In this document: positions 1 to 9,767 of the stretch, piece by piece
Layout of the letters: each line of letters starts with the position of its first letter
Position numbering within the stretch: position 1 is the stretch's first letter
Assembly (NCBI GenBank): GCA_965216875.1
Contig: OZ244207.1
Span: 1,984,001 to 2,048,000, forward strand
Direction of reading: 5' to 3'
Length of the DNA stretch: 64,000 nucleotides
Origin: Rubripirellula sp.
GTDB lineage: Bacteria > Planctomycetota > Planctomycetia > Pirellulales > Pirellulaceae
Program-made: the position numbers and the translations under genes
The notes under the pieces: generated by a model
Seen by the model: only the letters and a program-made list of their open reading frames with translations
Told to the model about the DNA's origin: nothing
Database searches by the model: none

Positions 1-740
1 AAGGCGCGTAGTTGTGAATCAGTCAGTTCGTTTTCAATGCCTTGGGGAAGCACGATCGTCGGACGAAGGATCCCAAAAGCAAAAGGCGGTATCGATGGTG
101 GCCCTTGCAGAAGTGCGATCGAGCGTTTGGTTGCGGTTTGCTTGAGAATCTGGGCCAACAGCTTTGCGCATTTTCTCGATTCAACCGCATCGTAGGCCGA
201 CAGCCGTTTCCAGCAGCTCCAAATTCTGTGAACTTCGAGCAGCAGGATGGCGAGCCAAAACGCAACGACGGTTGCCGCACCAACGGAAACCCAGGCGTCG
301 TCTCTTAGAAGGTCAGCTGCAAATGCAACGCGTTCTTTGCCTCCGGCTTGGATCGTTGAGGTCCGTGGTGCGACGGCCGTTGGTTCGTTGGCTTTCGTGT
401 CTGAAATGACATGGGGTGACTCGACGGAGACGGTCACTTTCCAGTCGCTTTGTTTTTCCACGTCGCTCGCGGGACGTATTGGCTGAGGAACGTCGGTTTT
501 CAGGGGCTTTTGGCGGACCAGCGGTTGGTTGAGATCCGGTTCGGCCATCGCGAGCTGAACCGTCGCTGTCAAACAGCCAGAGACCATTGCTGCCTTCCAC
601 AGACGGTTGGTTAAGAGATGACGTCGTCGCCCAAACAGGACAAGCAAGACAGCTGTGCACCCAAGGATCACCGTTGAGTGCACCGCATAGGTTGCTACCC
701 AAGAAACGAGGCAATGCGCGGCCATGTTCCAATCAAACAT
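1..740 (-). CDS. BlaR1/MecR1-like M56 family membrane peptidase, N-terminal part (runs off the window edge)
   Basis: Not in the ORF track. Manual translation from ATG 740 gives MFDWNMAAHCLVSWVATYAVHSTVILG...PFAFGILRPTIVLPQGIENELTDSQLRA, typical of the M56 region just before HELxH. It overlaps the blaI-like stop. Confidence 0.85.
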   Translation of the reverse strand, partial: MFDWNMAAHCLVSWVATYAVHSTVILGCTAVLLVLFGRRRHLLTNRLWKAAMVSGCLTATVQLAMAEPDLNQPLVRQKPLKTDVPQPIRPASDVEKQSDWKVTVSVESPHVISDTKANEPTAVAPRTSTIQAGGKERVAFAADLLRDDAWVSVGAATVVAFWLAILLLEVHRIWSCWKRLSAYDAVESRKCAKLLAQILKQTATKRSIALLQGPPSIPPFAFGILRPTIVLPQGIENELTDSQLRA

Positions 741-1122
741 CTTCCGCCTCCTGTTCGCGCTGACGAATGAGACGTCGAAGTTCTGCAAGGTCCGCTGCAG
801 TCAGGTCGTTTGCGTCAAGCAGTTGACACACCATCTGTTTGACATCGCCGCCGAAGAGACGGTTGGTCAGGTCGTTGACCATCGATTGATTGACTTGATC
901 CTGGCGAATCACGGCCCGATAGACGTTGACCCTGCCTTCGCTGCGATGCCGGACTTGGCCGTTTTCTTCCATTTTGGCCAGCATCGTGCCGACCGTTGTG
1001 TGGGCGAGCTTTCGATCCGGCTCGAGCTCCTTTCGGACTTCGGCAACGGTCGCATTCCCGCGACGCCAAAGTACCTGCATGATCGCAAGCTGCAATTCGG
1101 CCAAGCGATGTTTCTTCGCCAT
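733..1122 (-). CDS. BlaI/MecI/CopY family transcriptional repressor
   Basis: LAELQLAIMQVLW...ATVAEV...LAHTTVGTML winged-helix pattern, directly upstream of the M56 gene. The start could also be 1131. Confidence 0.92.
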   Translation of the reverse strand: MAKKHRLAELQLAIMQVLWRRGNATVAEVRKELEPDRKLAHTTVGTMLAKMEENGQVRHRSEGRVNVYRAVIRQDQVNQSMVNDLTNRLFGGDVKQMVCQLLDANDLTAADLAELRRLIRQREQEAEDV

Positions 1123-1145
1123 CCAATCCATCCCCCGTGACAGCA

Positions 1146-1196
1146 ACTACTAATCGATTAGTAGTCAGTCTACTACCGAAGTAGGAGACGTGTCAA
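1146..1196 (-). promoter_or_regulatory. Sigma70-like promoter plus palindromic BlaI-type operator
   Basis: Minus strand reads TTGACA (1196-1191), 18 nt, TAGACT. A perfect 20 bp palindrome ACTACTAATCGATTAGTAGT lies at 1146-1165, and a second CTAC-N7-GTAG overlaps the -10/spacer. Confidence 0.7.
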
Positions 1197-1239
1197 CAGC
1201 GGTGGTCGAAACGAGAGGTGTTGCAGGTGATCGCAGGCA

Positions 1240-2016
1240 CTAGAGTGCAGCGACAAACGTTTCGATGATCGGCAGCAACGGAATCGACGTGACAGCCAGC
1301 AAGATCAGAGCCGCGGCAACCATGATCGATTGCCGAATCCGTCGCGGCCTATTCGCGATTGGGGTAGGGTCCTCTGAGTCACGATGCAGACGATCGATCT
1401 TTTCCGGTGCATCGCGGCTGGTGAAAGCCAAGCCTGCTTGGAACCCTTGATCGTCTTCGGTTTTCCAGACGGTCGTTGCCGCGACCACGATTTCGTCGTC
1501 GTCGGGTGTCTCGACGCGAATACGAAGACGCACGTTTTCCGGAATCTCGTGCTGCGAATAGACCTTCATTCCACCGGGTGAATAGTCGACGATCGAGATG
1601 TCGATTTCGCCAGGTTGCAGTTCCCAGCTCATTTGAGCGGGATGTTCCCAGACGACGCGCTCGTCATTTCGTCGATTCACGACACCTTCACCGGCAAGGT
1701 CCTCAAGGACATCGGCCGGGATCGGATCATCGAGCTGACATCCAAGAATGGTTTGACCGCCCACCCAAGGTTGAACGCGTCGCACTTTGCCGCCGTAGAC
1801 GCCGTGCGACCGGTTAGTCATCAATTCAACCGCAAAGCTTTGACCAGGTTCAAATTGGCCTTTGCACAGCAGTCGCATTCCGGTTGCCGAGATGTCGATC
1901 ACCGAGCCTTGGCTAAGGCTCTTTTCTCCAACGGCCGCATCGCAAGCAAGCGTGCTGCCGTCACAGATCTTGAAGCGAGGTTCCTTGCGTTTACTGATTT
2001 GTGGCAAATCGGCCAT
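1240..2016 (-). CDS. Tandem PilZ-domain protein with C-terminal transmembrane helix
   Basis: Two RxxxR...DxSxxG motif pairs (RKEPR/DISATG and RNDER/DYSPGG) and a hydrophobic C-terminus. Confidence 0.8.
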   Translation of the reverse strand: MADLPQISKRKEPRFKICDGSTLACDAAVGEKSLSQGSVIDISATGMRLLCKGQFEPGQSFAVELMTNRSHGVYGGKVRRVQPWVGGQTILGCQLDDPIPADVLEDLAGEGVVNRRNDERVVWEHPAQMSWELQPGEIDISIVDYSPGGMKVYSQHEIPENVRLRIRVETPDDDEIVVAATTVWKTEDDQGFQAGLAFTSRDAPEKIDRLHRDSEDPTPIANRPRRIRQSIMVAAALILLAVTSIPLLPIIETFVAAL

Positions 2017-2248
2017 GGCGGAAAGGTCAGGAATCATGGGGAAAGGGCGCGCAGCAACACACAACGAGCGCGCAGACTCAATGGAGATCTAGCTTTTTCC
2101 CAATGCCATCGCCTCATTGAACCGACGCAGATTCGGAATCAGCGCAAGGGGCAACGTTGATCGAGAGCGTGTTGCGCCGGTTTTGTCGATTATGCAACCT
2201 GTCGAGGGTCACCTGACGAGTCAGGCTCCCGCCGGATGGATCGTCTGG

Positions 2249-3622
2249 CTATTCAAAGACGGTGATCGTTTTGCGTTTCTCTAGCGGGTACCACTGGCCG
2301 ATCTTCTCCGACAACCGTCCAACGACGGACGGATGATCCTTGGCGACATTCTGAGTTTCGTGCGGATCGGTGCTCAGATTGAAAAGCTGAGGGCGACGTT
2401 CGGATCGCGGATGACTCGACTGATAACGGTTTACCTCACCATCGTAGGTCAGCAGCAATTTCCAATCGCCTTCAATACACCAGCGATAAAGCAAAGAGGC
2501 TTCGGGGTCTTCGATATCGGCGATGTCGTGCGCAAAGCCTTCGCCGAAAATCGTGTCACGTTTGATTGGCTCGCCTGATTGGAGTGCCTCGGTAAGGTCG
2601 AGGCCGGGCAGCCCTTCTGGGATCTTTGCACCAGCAGCTGACAAGATTGTTGGCACGATATCAATGCTGCTGGTCAGGTCACTGCGCGTCGCCGGTTTCC
2701 ATTTTCCGGGCCAGCGGTACATGATCGGCGTCCGCACGCCTCCCTCGTAGGGAGTCTGTTTTGATTTGGGTGCATAACCATTCTTCGTTGGGTTTTGAAT
2801 CCAACCATTGTCGGTGACGTAGACGATGATGGTGTTGTCAGCCAAACCTCGATCGTCGATCATTCCAATCAGCTGGCCACAGGTTTCGTCAAACCAGTCG
2901 CACATCGCATAGTATTTTGCGATGGTGATGGGCCGCCCTTCTTGCGTGTATTTGTCGAGGAGACGCTGGGGAGGCGTGTGGGGTGTGTGCGGCAGGAAGG
3001 GCGCGTACCAAATGAAGAAGGGTTTATCGCGTGCGACTGCATCGTCGACGAAACGCTTAATTGGCTCCATTCCCTGACGTCCGATTTTCAGCCCGTCGTC
3101 TCCGTGCCGGCCGCCGGGCTTTGGGAATCCACGCGTCATCCCATGAGTGAAGCCGCAATTCTGGTAGCTGCCTTCCCACAGTTTCCCGCTTTGGTGACTC
3201 AGGTAGCCCAGGTCTCCGAGGACTTTGGGAACCGTTTCAAAGCGGTCGAGATACGAAATCAATTGTGCACAACGTTCGTTGTAGAGCGCTGACCCGCGAT
3301 CGGCGTACTTCGGCGAAGGGTCATTCCCTGTCACACCGTGCACCGAGGCATAGTGCCCAGTCAGCAACGTGACCAACGATGGGCGGCAGAGTGCTGTCGG
3401 CACATAGCCGCGTCGAAACGTCACTGACTCACGTGCGAGTTGATCAAGATGCGGAGTCTTGATGTCAGGATGTCCCATGAACCCGTAGTCAGTCCATGCT
3501 TGGTCGTCCGAGATGATCAAGACAACGTTTGGCGGGCCTTGCTCGGCGCGGACAACGTCAGCGCTGCAAATGGCCAAGAGGATCGCGCAGAAGGCGGGGG
3601 CGCGGAATGGATGGGTCTTCAT
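2249..3622 (-). CDS. Secreted sulfatase (S1 family)
   Basis: Signal peptide, PNVVLIISDD, CRPSL...LLTG, TDNG and PYEGGVRTP motifs. Confidence 0.9.
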   Translation of the reverse strand: MKTHPFRAPAFCAILLAICSADVVRAEQGPPNVVLIISDDQAWTDYGFMGHPDIKTPHLDQLARESVTFRRGYVPTALCRPSLVTLLTGHYASVHGVTGNDPSPKYADRGSALYNERCAQLISYLDRFETVPKVLGDLGYLSHQSGKLWEGSYQNCGFTHGMTRGFPKPGGRHGDDGLKIGRQGMEPIKRFVDDAVARDKPFFIWYAPFLPHTPHTPPQRLLDKYTQEGRPITIAKYYAMCDWFDETCGQLIGMIDDRGLADNTIIVYVTDNGWIQNPTKNGYAPKSKQTPYEGGVRTPIMYRWPGKWKPATRSDLTSSIDIVPTILSAAGAKIPEGLPGLDLTEALQSGEPIKRDTIFGEGFAHDIADIEDPEASLLYRWCIEGDWKLLLTYDGEVNRYQSSHPRSERRPQLFNLSTDPHETQNVAKDHPSVVGRLSEKIGQWYPLEKRKTITVFE

Positions 3623-3801
3623 ACGGCAAGCTTACCAACCGCGCCGGCAAAATCCAACTCTTGGATTGAACGCAGGGGGTGATCCGCGATTGGGGATGTG
3701 GGTGGGCTCTGGGTTCTTTGCAACGCGTCTCTTGTTGAGGGGGATGCCGGATCAGCGTCGCTGTCGCTCCTTGATCCGGCCTACTCATCCAATCAGCCGC
3801 G

Positions 3802-5559
3802 CTAGTGCTTTTCTGCGATTGCGATGGGGACGGTTGGCTGCGGCGCGGTTGGAGGCGCGACCATCGTTTCGAGGAACGCAACCAATGCGTGGCGATCTTC
3901 GACAGGCAGGTTCAGGAAACGGTCTCGCGTTCCTGCAGCCTCTCCTTCGTGCATCGCGATCGCTTCGAGCAATGTTCCGGCGCGACCATCGTGCAGGTAG
4001 GGCGCCGAATCCTTGACGCCCCAAAGCGGCGGTGTACGCCACTCTTGGTTGAACTTTGTTTGCTCGTAGTGCACGTAGGCAACGGTGGTCTCTTGAACGG
4101 TACGCCGGATCGTCCTTTTCGTTGTCGTTTCGCCAACCTGGCGTCCAACCGTTTTGTTGGTTCGACGGTCGACGATCTCGCGATCGATGTCCTGGGTGTC
4201 GGTTTTGACAACCGGCTTCAAACGTCTCGTCTGAGTGCCTAGCGTGATCTGCCGTCCCTTGGGCGGCATGGTGGGTGCGATGAATCGAAAACCTGCACGC
4301 GTCAAGAAACCGGGCCTCTCACGACCTGAACTTGACGATCCGACGCCAGCGACGCTGGTCTGGTTAGACGACATCATTGACGAGCCGCCGTAGTAGCCGG
4401 TTGTGTTCGTATTCCTTTCTGTTTGAACGTTCGTCGAGGATCCGGTAACGAACTTGCGTGTGGAAACGCCCACCCGGTAGGGTTCAGCGGGGTTCAAGTC
4501 GAACGACTCAGGGCCCATGTCGTGTAGCAGAAGATCCGAGTAGAGTCCCTGAGCGGGCCCCAAGTTCGGGACATGGCATACGGCGCAACCGACCGAGCCG
4601 AAAACGTGTTCGCCTCGCAACACCTCATTGCGAAGGTCGGAATCCTCGGGGATTTGACGCACAGGTGCGGGAAGCGCAGCAACAAAGGAGGTCATGGTCC
4701 GAATTTGCACGTCCGAAATATCGTCTCCAGGATTTCGATATCTCGGCACCGTTGGATCGGCTGGCTGATTCATGCGAGCCGTTTCCAGGCCAACTTCGTT
4801 CGCGCAGGCTTGGTCGTTGAACTCCAGTAGACTGCCAACGTTGCCGCGCCAGCCAAATTTGCCAACGCGTCCGTCATCAAGGGTCGAAGGTCGTCCGCTA
4901 ATCTCGGGATGCCTCTTTTGTACGCGAGCCTGATGTTCAATCACCGCGTCGGGCACTCGGTCGATCACTCCACTTCCAAACAGCGAGGTCGTGTTGCGCT
5001 GGAAGAGTCTGGCACGTACGGAAACGTCATAGAGTCCAACGCGTTTTTGGAAATCGATCGGACCGTTGTTCGCACTTCGAATCTCCTCGGCTGACGTTGG
5101 GCCGCCAAGCTCACTGAACTCAGCCGGGATGTTGGCCAGAAACTTTTCACTCGCTTGCCGATAAGTTGCCGTACCGCCGTGGTGTGCAAGGGGTGCGGTA
5201 TTGACCATCACTCCATTACGTACAAAGCCAGGGTGAAAGGCGTTGAGCACGGTGGCAAGGACATCGTTATCGACGCGCCGGTGGCCCGTCGGACGGATGT
5301 TCATCGTTTCGATGGCAACGGTCTGTGCATTGAAGCGTGAATCGCCTCCGCCCCCGATGCCGCCTTGGTGATGACAGGCGACGCAACTTCTCGCGTTAAA
5401 GAGGGGCCCCAGTCCATCGCTGCCAGCGACGGGATCACGCGGCGACCAGTCTTGTTCGAAGAGTACTTGGCCTTGTTGAATGGAATTTGGTGATGCGGCA
5501 TCGGTACGACCGCCAATCACTGACACCGCCACAGCGGCTGCCAAAAACATTCTGCCCAT
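3802..5559 (-). CDS. Di-heme oxidoreductase (DHOR) family protein, paralog 1
   Basis: Signal peptide, DGLGPLFNARSCVACH, GKFGW, CAVCH, SDLLLHDMG, WRTPPLWG and PYLHDGRA. Confidence 0.88.
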   Translation of the reverse strand: MGRMFLAAAVAVSVIGGRTDAASPNSIQQGQVLFEQDWSPRDPVAGSDGLGPLFNARSCVACHHQGGIGGGGDSRFNAQTVAIETMNIRPTGHRRVDNDVLATVLNAFHPGFVRNGVMVNTAPLAHHGGTATYRQASEKFLANIPAEFSELGGPTSAEEIRSANNGPIDFQKRVGLYDVSVRARLFQRNTTSLFGSGVIDRVPDAVIEHQARVQKRHPEISGRPSTLDDGRVGKFGWRGNVGSLLEFNDQACANEVGLETARMNQPADPTVPRYRNPGDDISDVQIRTMTSFVAALPAPVRQIPEDSDLRNEVLRGEHVFGSVGCAVCHVPNLGPAQGLYSDLLLHDMGPESFDLNPAEPYRVGVSTRKFVTGSSTNVQTERNTNTTGYYGGSSMMSSNQTSVAGVGSSSSGRERPGFLTRAGFRFIAPTMPPKGRQITLGTQTRRLKPVVKTDTQDIDREIVDRRTNKTVGRQVGETTTKRTIRRTVQETTVAYVHYEQTKFNQEWRTPPLWGVKDSAPYLHDGRAGTLLEAIAMHEGEAAGTRDRFLNLPVEDRHALVAFLETMVAPPTAPQPTVPIAIAEKH

Positions 5560-5692
5560 CGAAAAAGTCCCCGCAGAGAGAAAACACAAAGAGTTGTTTT
5601 TTGCGGGTGGGGCTACGTCGATTTTAGCGCAAGCAACGTTTGGAAGTCAAATACATTTCTGGCGTTCATGCGAACGTGGCAAAATCCATGTT

Positions 5693-5892
5693 CGTGCGTG
5701 CAAGCACACACGCTACATCACCTCGTGCTCGTGCTCGTGCTCGAATGAGGCGGGGTGTTTCGACAAGCCCTGGAACCTTGCCACAGGGCGGTGCGAGTAC
5801 CGCGTTGCTGAGCAGGAGCGCTCGCACGCTCCACTGCATCTTGTGCCTCGTGCGTGCAAGCACGCACGCTACTTAAATGGGGTGCACCCTAC
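5693..5892 (-). repeat. Cluster of GTAG-type REPs: two full copies and one collapsed copy, with a GTGCTC microrepeat
   Basis: Reverse complements of GTAGCGTGYGTGCTTGCACGCACG at 5693-5716 and 5849-5872, collapsed GTAGGGTGCACC at 5881-5892, and (GTGCTC)x3 near 5725-5742. Confidence 0.8.
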
Positions 5893-5898
5893 TTGGGA

Positions 5899-7671
5899 TC
5901 ACTCCACGGCGGCGATGGGCACGGTTGGCTGCGGAGCGGACGGTGGAGCGACCATGGTTTCCAAGAAGGCGACCAACGCGTGTCGATCTTCAACGGAAAG
6001 GTTCAAGAAACGATCGCGTGTTCCCGCGGCTTCCCCTTCGTGTAGCGTAATCGCTTCGAGCAACGTTCCTGCTCGCCCGTCGTGCATGTAAGGAGCGGAG
6101 TCGGCGACGCCCCAAAGTGGCGGCGTGCGCCACTCCTGGGTAATCGTGGTCGGTTCGAAGTAGACCACGGCCGTACCGCCCTCGTCTTTGCGACTGAGAG
6201 TGGTCCGCGTTGTTCTTCGTTCACCAGAACGAGTTCCAACGGCACGCCGCGTACGGCGGTTGATGATCGTTTGCTCAACCGCTTCGGTCGACGATTCGAC
6301 GTTCCGCTCCAGGTGCGTCACGCGCGTTCCCAAGTCGATCACTTTTGATTTGCCGGGCCGAGTCGGGGCATTAAAGAGATAAGCTGACCGGGCAACACCC
6401 CTAGCGCCTACTCGCTGGGCATCTCGGGCGGGACCAGCGCTACGATCAGCCATCGAGCGATTGTCGGCGACGCTTCCCGTCGACATGGTCGCCGAACCAC
6501 CGTAGTAGCCCGTCGTGTTTTGGCTCATCTCGGTGCGGGTGGATGTCGTGTCACGCGCCACATATTTCTGAACGGCAAACCCAATTCGATACGGTTCTGC
6601 TGGGTTCAGGTCGAATGATTCGGGGCCCATATCGTGAAGCAACAAATCCGAATACACGCCGAGGGCTGGACCCATGTTCGGGACGTGGCAAACGGCACAA
6701 CCGACCGACGCAAACACGTGCTCGCCGCGTTCCACTTCGGCTCGAAGTTCGGAATCTTCGGGGATGCGACGCATGGGTGCGGGCAGGGCCGCGACGAACG
6801 AGGTCATCGTTCGGATTTGATTGTCCGAAATGTCATGGCCGGGGTTTCGGTAACCGGGGACCGTTGGGTCACCAGGCTGCGTCATACGAGCCGTTTCGAG
6901 ACCGACTTCGTTGGCACATGCTTGATCATTGAATTCAACCAAGCTTGCAACATTGCCACGCCAACCAAATTTGCCGACACGGCCATCGTTCAAAGTCGAA
7001 GGACGCCCAGAAATCTCGGCGTGATGCTTTTGAGCGCGAGCTTGTTGTTCAATCAGCTTTTCTGGTACCTGATCGATCAGGCCACTGCCAAACAGTGACG
7101 TGGTGTTTCGTTGAAATAGCCTCGCACGCACGGCAACATCGAAGTGCCCAACGGTCTTTTGAAAGTCGATCGGTCCGTTGTTTGCTTTCCGCGTTTCCTC
7201 GGATGTTGTTGGTCCGCCAAACTCGCTGAATGTGGCCGGAATGTTTGCCAGGAATTTCTTGCTCGCCTCGCGATAGGCAACGGTTCCACCGTGGTGTACC
7301 AGCGGCGCCGTGTTGACCATCAACCCGTTGCGAACGAAGCCTGGATGGAAGGCGTTCAAAACCCGAGCGACGACGTCGTCATCGACCCTGCCAAGTGCTT
7401 TCGGCACAATCGACATGTGCTCGATCGCCACCGTTTGTGCGTTGAACCGAGAATCGCCACCACCGCCGATGCCACCCTGATGATGACAGGCAACGCAGCT
7501 TCGAGCGTTAAAGAGTGGCCCTAGGCCATCACTACCCACGGTCGGATTCCGTGATGACCACTCTTGCTCGAAAAGAGCTTGGCCCTGTTGGATTGACGCC
7601 GGCGAAGTGGCCCATAGGTTCGCACCCATAGCCGTAGCAGCCATTGCGACCGCTAATGTCAACGTGCGCAT
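5899..7671 (-). CDS. Di-heme oxidoreductase (DHOR) family protein, paralog 2
   Basis: Same motifs as paralog 1 (CVACH, CAVCH, WRTPPLWG) and a near-identical C-terminus ending QPTVPIA. Confidence 0.88.
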   Translation of the reverse strand: MRTLTLAVAMAATAMGANLWATSPASIQQGQALFEQEWSSRNPTVGSDGLGPLFNARSCVACHHQGGIGGGGDSRFNAQTVAIEHMSIVPKALGRVDDDVVARVLNAFHPGFVRNGLMVNTAPLVHHGGTVAYREASKKFLANIPATFSEFGGPTTSEETRKANNGPIDFQKTVGHFDVAVRARLFQRNTTSLFGSGLIDQVPEKLIEQQARAQKHHAEISGRPSTLNDGRVGKFGWRGNVASLVEFNDQACANEVGLETARMTQPGDPTVPGYRNPGHDISDNQIRTMTSFVAALPAPMRRIPEDSELRAEVERGEHVFASVGCAVCHVPNMGPALGVYSDLLLHDMGPESFDLNPAEPYRIGFAVQKYVARDTTSTRTEMSQNTTGYYGGSATMSTGSVADNRSMADRSAGPARDAQRVGARGVARSAYLFNAPTRPGKSKVIDLGTRVTHLERNVESSTEAVEQTIINRRTRRAVGTRSGERRTTRTTLSRKDEGGTAVVYFEPTTITQEWRTPPLWGVADSAPYMHDGRAGTLLEAITLHEGEAAGTRDRFLNLSVEDRHALVAFLETMVAPPSAPQPTVPIAAVE

Positions 7672-7896
7672 AGATTGTCCCCGAGAAAGCATGTAGAGAA
7701 GATGTTTGTGCGAAAGGGGCCACCTAAATGGTACCCCAACGCACTCCCCCAAGTCAAATCGTATTCAGTCGGTCGCGCTTTGTTGTCGACTGGGCTGCGA
7801 GTTTTGCTTCCGAGATTGGTTGGGCCGGGTGTTGGTGGAGGGCGAGAGTTTGGGGACTCGTGGCCTCGTCCACTACGAAGAGAGTTGGGGAAAGTC

Positions 7897-9588
7897 TTAA
7901 TCGAAACAGTTGGCGCGGCGGGCCGAATACTCGAATCCGACGTACCCGTATTGTGGCCGAGTGTAGGGGCTGGAATAGAGATTGGAGTGGGCTGGGAACG
8001 CGGTGCGGTAGAGGTAACTGGTTCGATACGGGTAGCTCGCTCGCGTTGGTGCGCCCGTTCGGTACGCGTAAATACTCTGCTGACACTGACCCATCGGATA
8101 CTTCTCATAGGGATGAAAGGTTCTCAGGTCGAACGGCTCTGACCTCCAAATGCTCATCGGGCGTCGCTCGAGTTGTCGACGCAAATCACTCTTTCCAACT
8201 TCACTCCGGAAAGGTCGCAGTCGTCGCTCTTGGCGCCGAAAATCAATCTCTGCATTCAACAGCGCAACTTCACTTGGGTGGCGGGGAAGCCGAGCCAGTG
8301 ATTCTTGGACGATCGTGGATTCGATGTAGGGATAGATCACGCTTCGCCGACTCAGCAATGCGTCGCCTTCCACGATTCCGGAGAGGCCCATTGCAAGTGA
8401 CACCGCAGTCGTCTGAACCACACGACTTCCGTCCCACGCCGTCCACGATGCCACGCGACGACCACGCTGGTCGACCACCCATCGCGGCGGCGCTTGGTGC
8501 TGAGCCTGTAGCTGGGCGAGAAAGCGTATCGATGCATCTGACGCAGCGTCGATTCGCTGGGCAGCCGACGCGGCGGCCTCTCGTACGTCCTCGCAACGTT
8601 CGCCCAGTCGCACCAGCTCAAGTGGTGGGCGTGCCGAAGAAGGCAAAGCTGCAATCCTCTCACGCCTCGACTTGAGATAATCAAGCTCAGCCTGGACGCT
8701 CTCTTTTACGGCGACCGAATCGATACGTTGAAATTGAAGGTCGACCCAGTGACGCAAGATGGCAGGCGATCTCAAATAGTGAGACGGAAGCTGGACGCTT
8801 GTGCCGAAGTTTGATGGTTGTTCGGCAACCGACGCCGCGCCGACCACCATCGTTCCAGGTCGCAGTAGCGCAGGGCCTACATCCGTACTCTTCGCCCGTT
8901 CCAGTTGCTCTTGCAACCTCGAAATGCGGACCTGCAAATGTGAAGCGTATTGGTGATTCGCAATGACGAGATCATGCTCGGCCTTCGCCCGAGCGAGTTG
9001 GAGATCGGCGCGTGTTCGCCAAACCGAATCGAGACCACTCTTGTCATAGACGGCGATTCGTCGACGTGCGTTGTCGAGTTTTTGTGCGGACTGTTCGATG
9101 GTTCCTTCAAGCAACCCTTCGCGCTGTTGTTCTAAGTCGATGATCGCCTGACGAAGCAGTGCCGGCGACGCAACGGTCGACGGAATCCAGGCGACCACGT
9201 TGGAGGCATTGTGATCGAGACGGACGATCGCTTCGTTGATGTTCTCACCAATGGTTGTCTCGGGTGAATTGAGTTTGGTTATGCGGCGCTCAAGATCACG
9301 CAGGATCTCAAGCCTTGCGTTGAGAGCATGCAGTTCGCTTTCACTCTTGTTGAGCGCGACGCGTTGTTCGGCGAGCTCCGACCATGACGCATGTCCCTCG
9401 CCTTTAAGGTGGCCGAGTTGATCGAGGCGGAAGCGGTGCTCGGCTACCGCCGCCTTGGCCAATGCCGCTTTCGCTCTCGCGCTCTGGAGCCGCACCGTAA
9501 TTCCCGGGCTCGAAGGGGGCTCGTCCGACAGCAGAGACGCGGTGACACTCGAACAGATGACGAGCAAGGCAACAAAGCGGATGAACAT
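7897..9588 (-). CDS. Secreted coiled-coil hypothetical protein
   Basis: Long ORF with a signal-peptide-like start (MFIRFVALLVICSSVTA), heptad-like Leu/Ala/Glu/Arg-rich segments and a Tyr-rich tail. Confidence 0.65.
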   Translation of the reverse strand: MFIRFVALLVICSSVTASLLSDEPPSSPGITVRLQSARAKAALAKAAVAEHRFRLDQLGHLKGEGHASWSELAEQRVALNKSESELHALNARLEILRDLERRITKLNSPETTIGENINEAIVRLDHNASNVVAWIPSTVASPALLRQAIIDLEQQREGLLEGTIEQSAQKLDNARRRIAVYDKSGLDSVWRTRADLQLARAKAEHDLVIANHQYASHLQVRISRLQEQLERAKSTDVGPALLRPGTMVVGAASVAEQPSNFGTSVQLPSHYLRSPAILRHWVDLQFQRIDSVAVKESVQAELDYLKSRRERIAALPSSARPPLELVRLGERCEDVREAAASAAQRIDAASDASIRFLAQLQAQHQAPPRWVVDQRGRRVASWTAWDGSRVVQTTAVSLAMGLSGIVEGDALLSRRSVIYPYIESTIVQESLARLPRHPSEVALLNAEIDFRRQERRLRPFRSEVGKSDLRRQLERRPMSIWRSEPFDLRTFHPYEKYPMGQCQQSIYAYRTGAPTRASYPYRTSYLYRTAFPAHSNLYSSPYTRPQYGYVGFEYSARRANCFD

Positions 9589-9767
9589 AGAAATACAGGG
9601 GTAATCGCGGTGGATGAAGGTTGCTTCCAACCGTAGATACGCCCTCAATATCTGTCAAATCACGGCCACCAAACGGCCCGAGTCGCGTCTGGTCGTTGCG
9701 GCAAGCGATGAATCAGCGACAATCTTGGGTGAAACACCACCACGCTACCCGAGTTAATTGTCCCATC

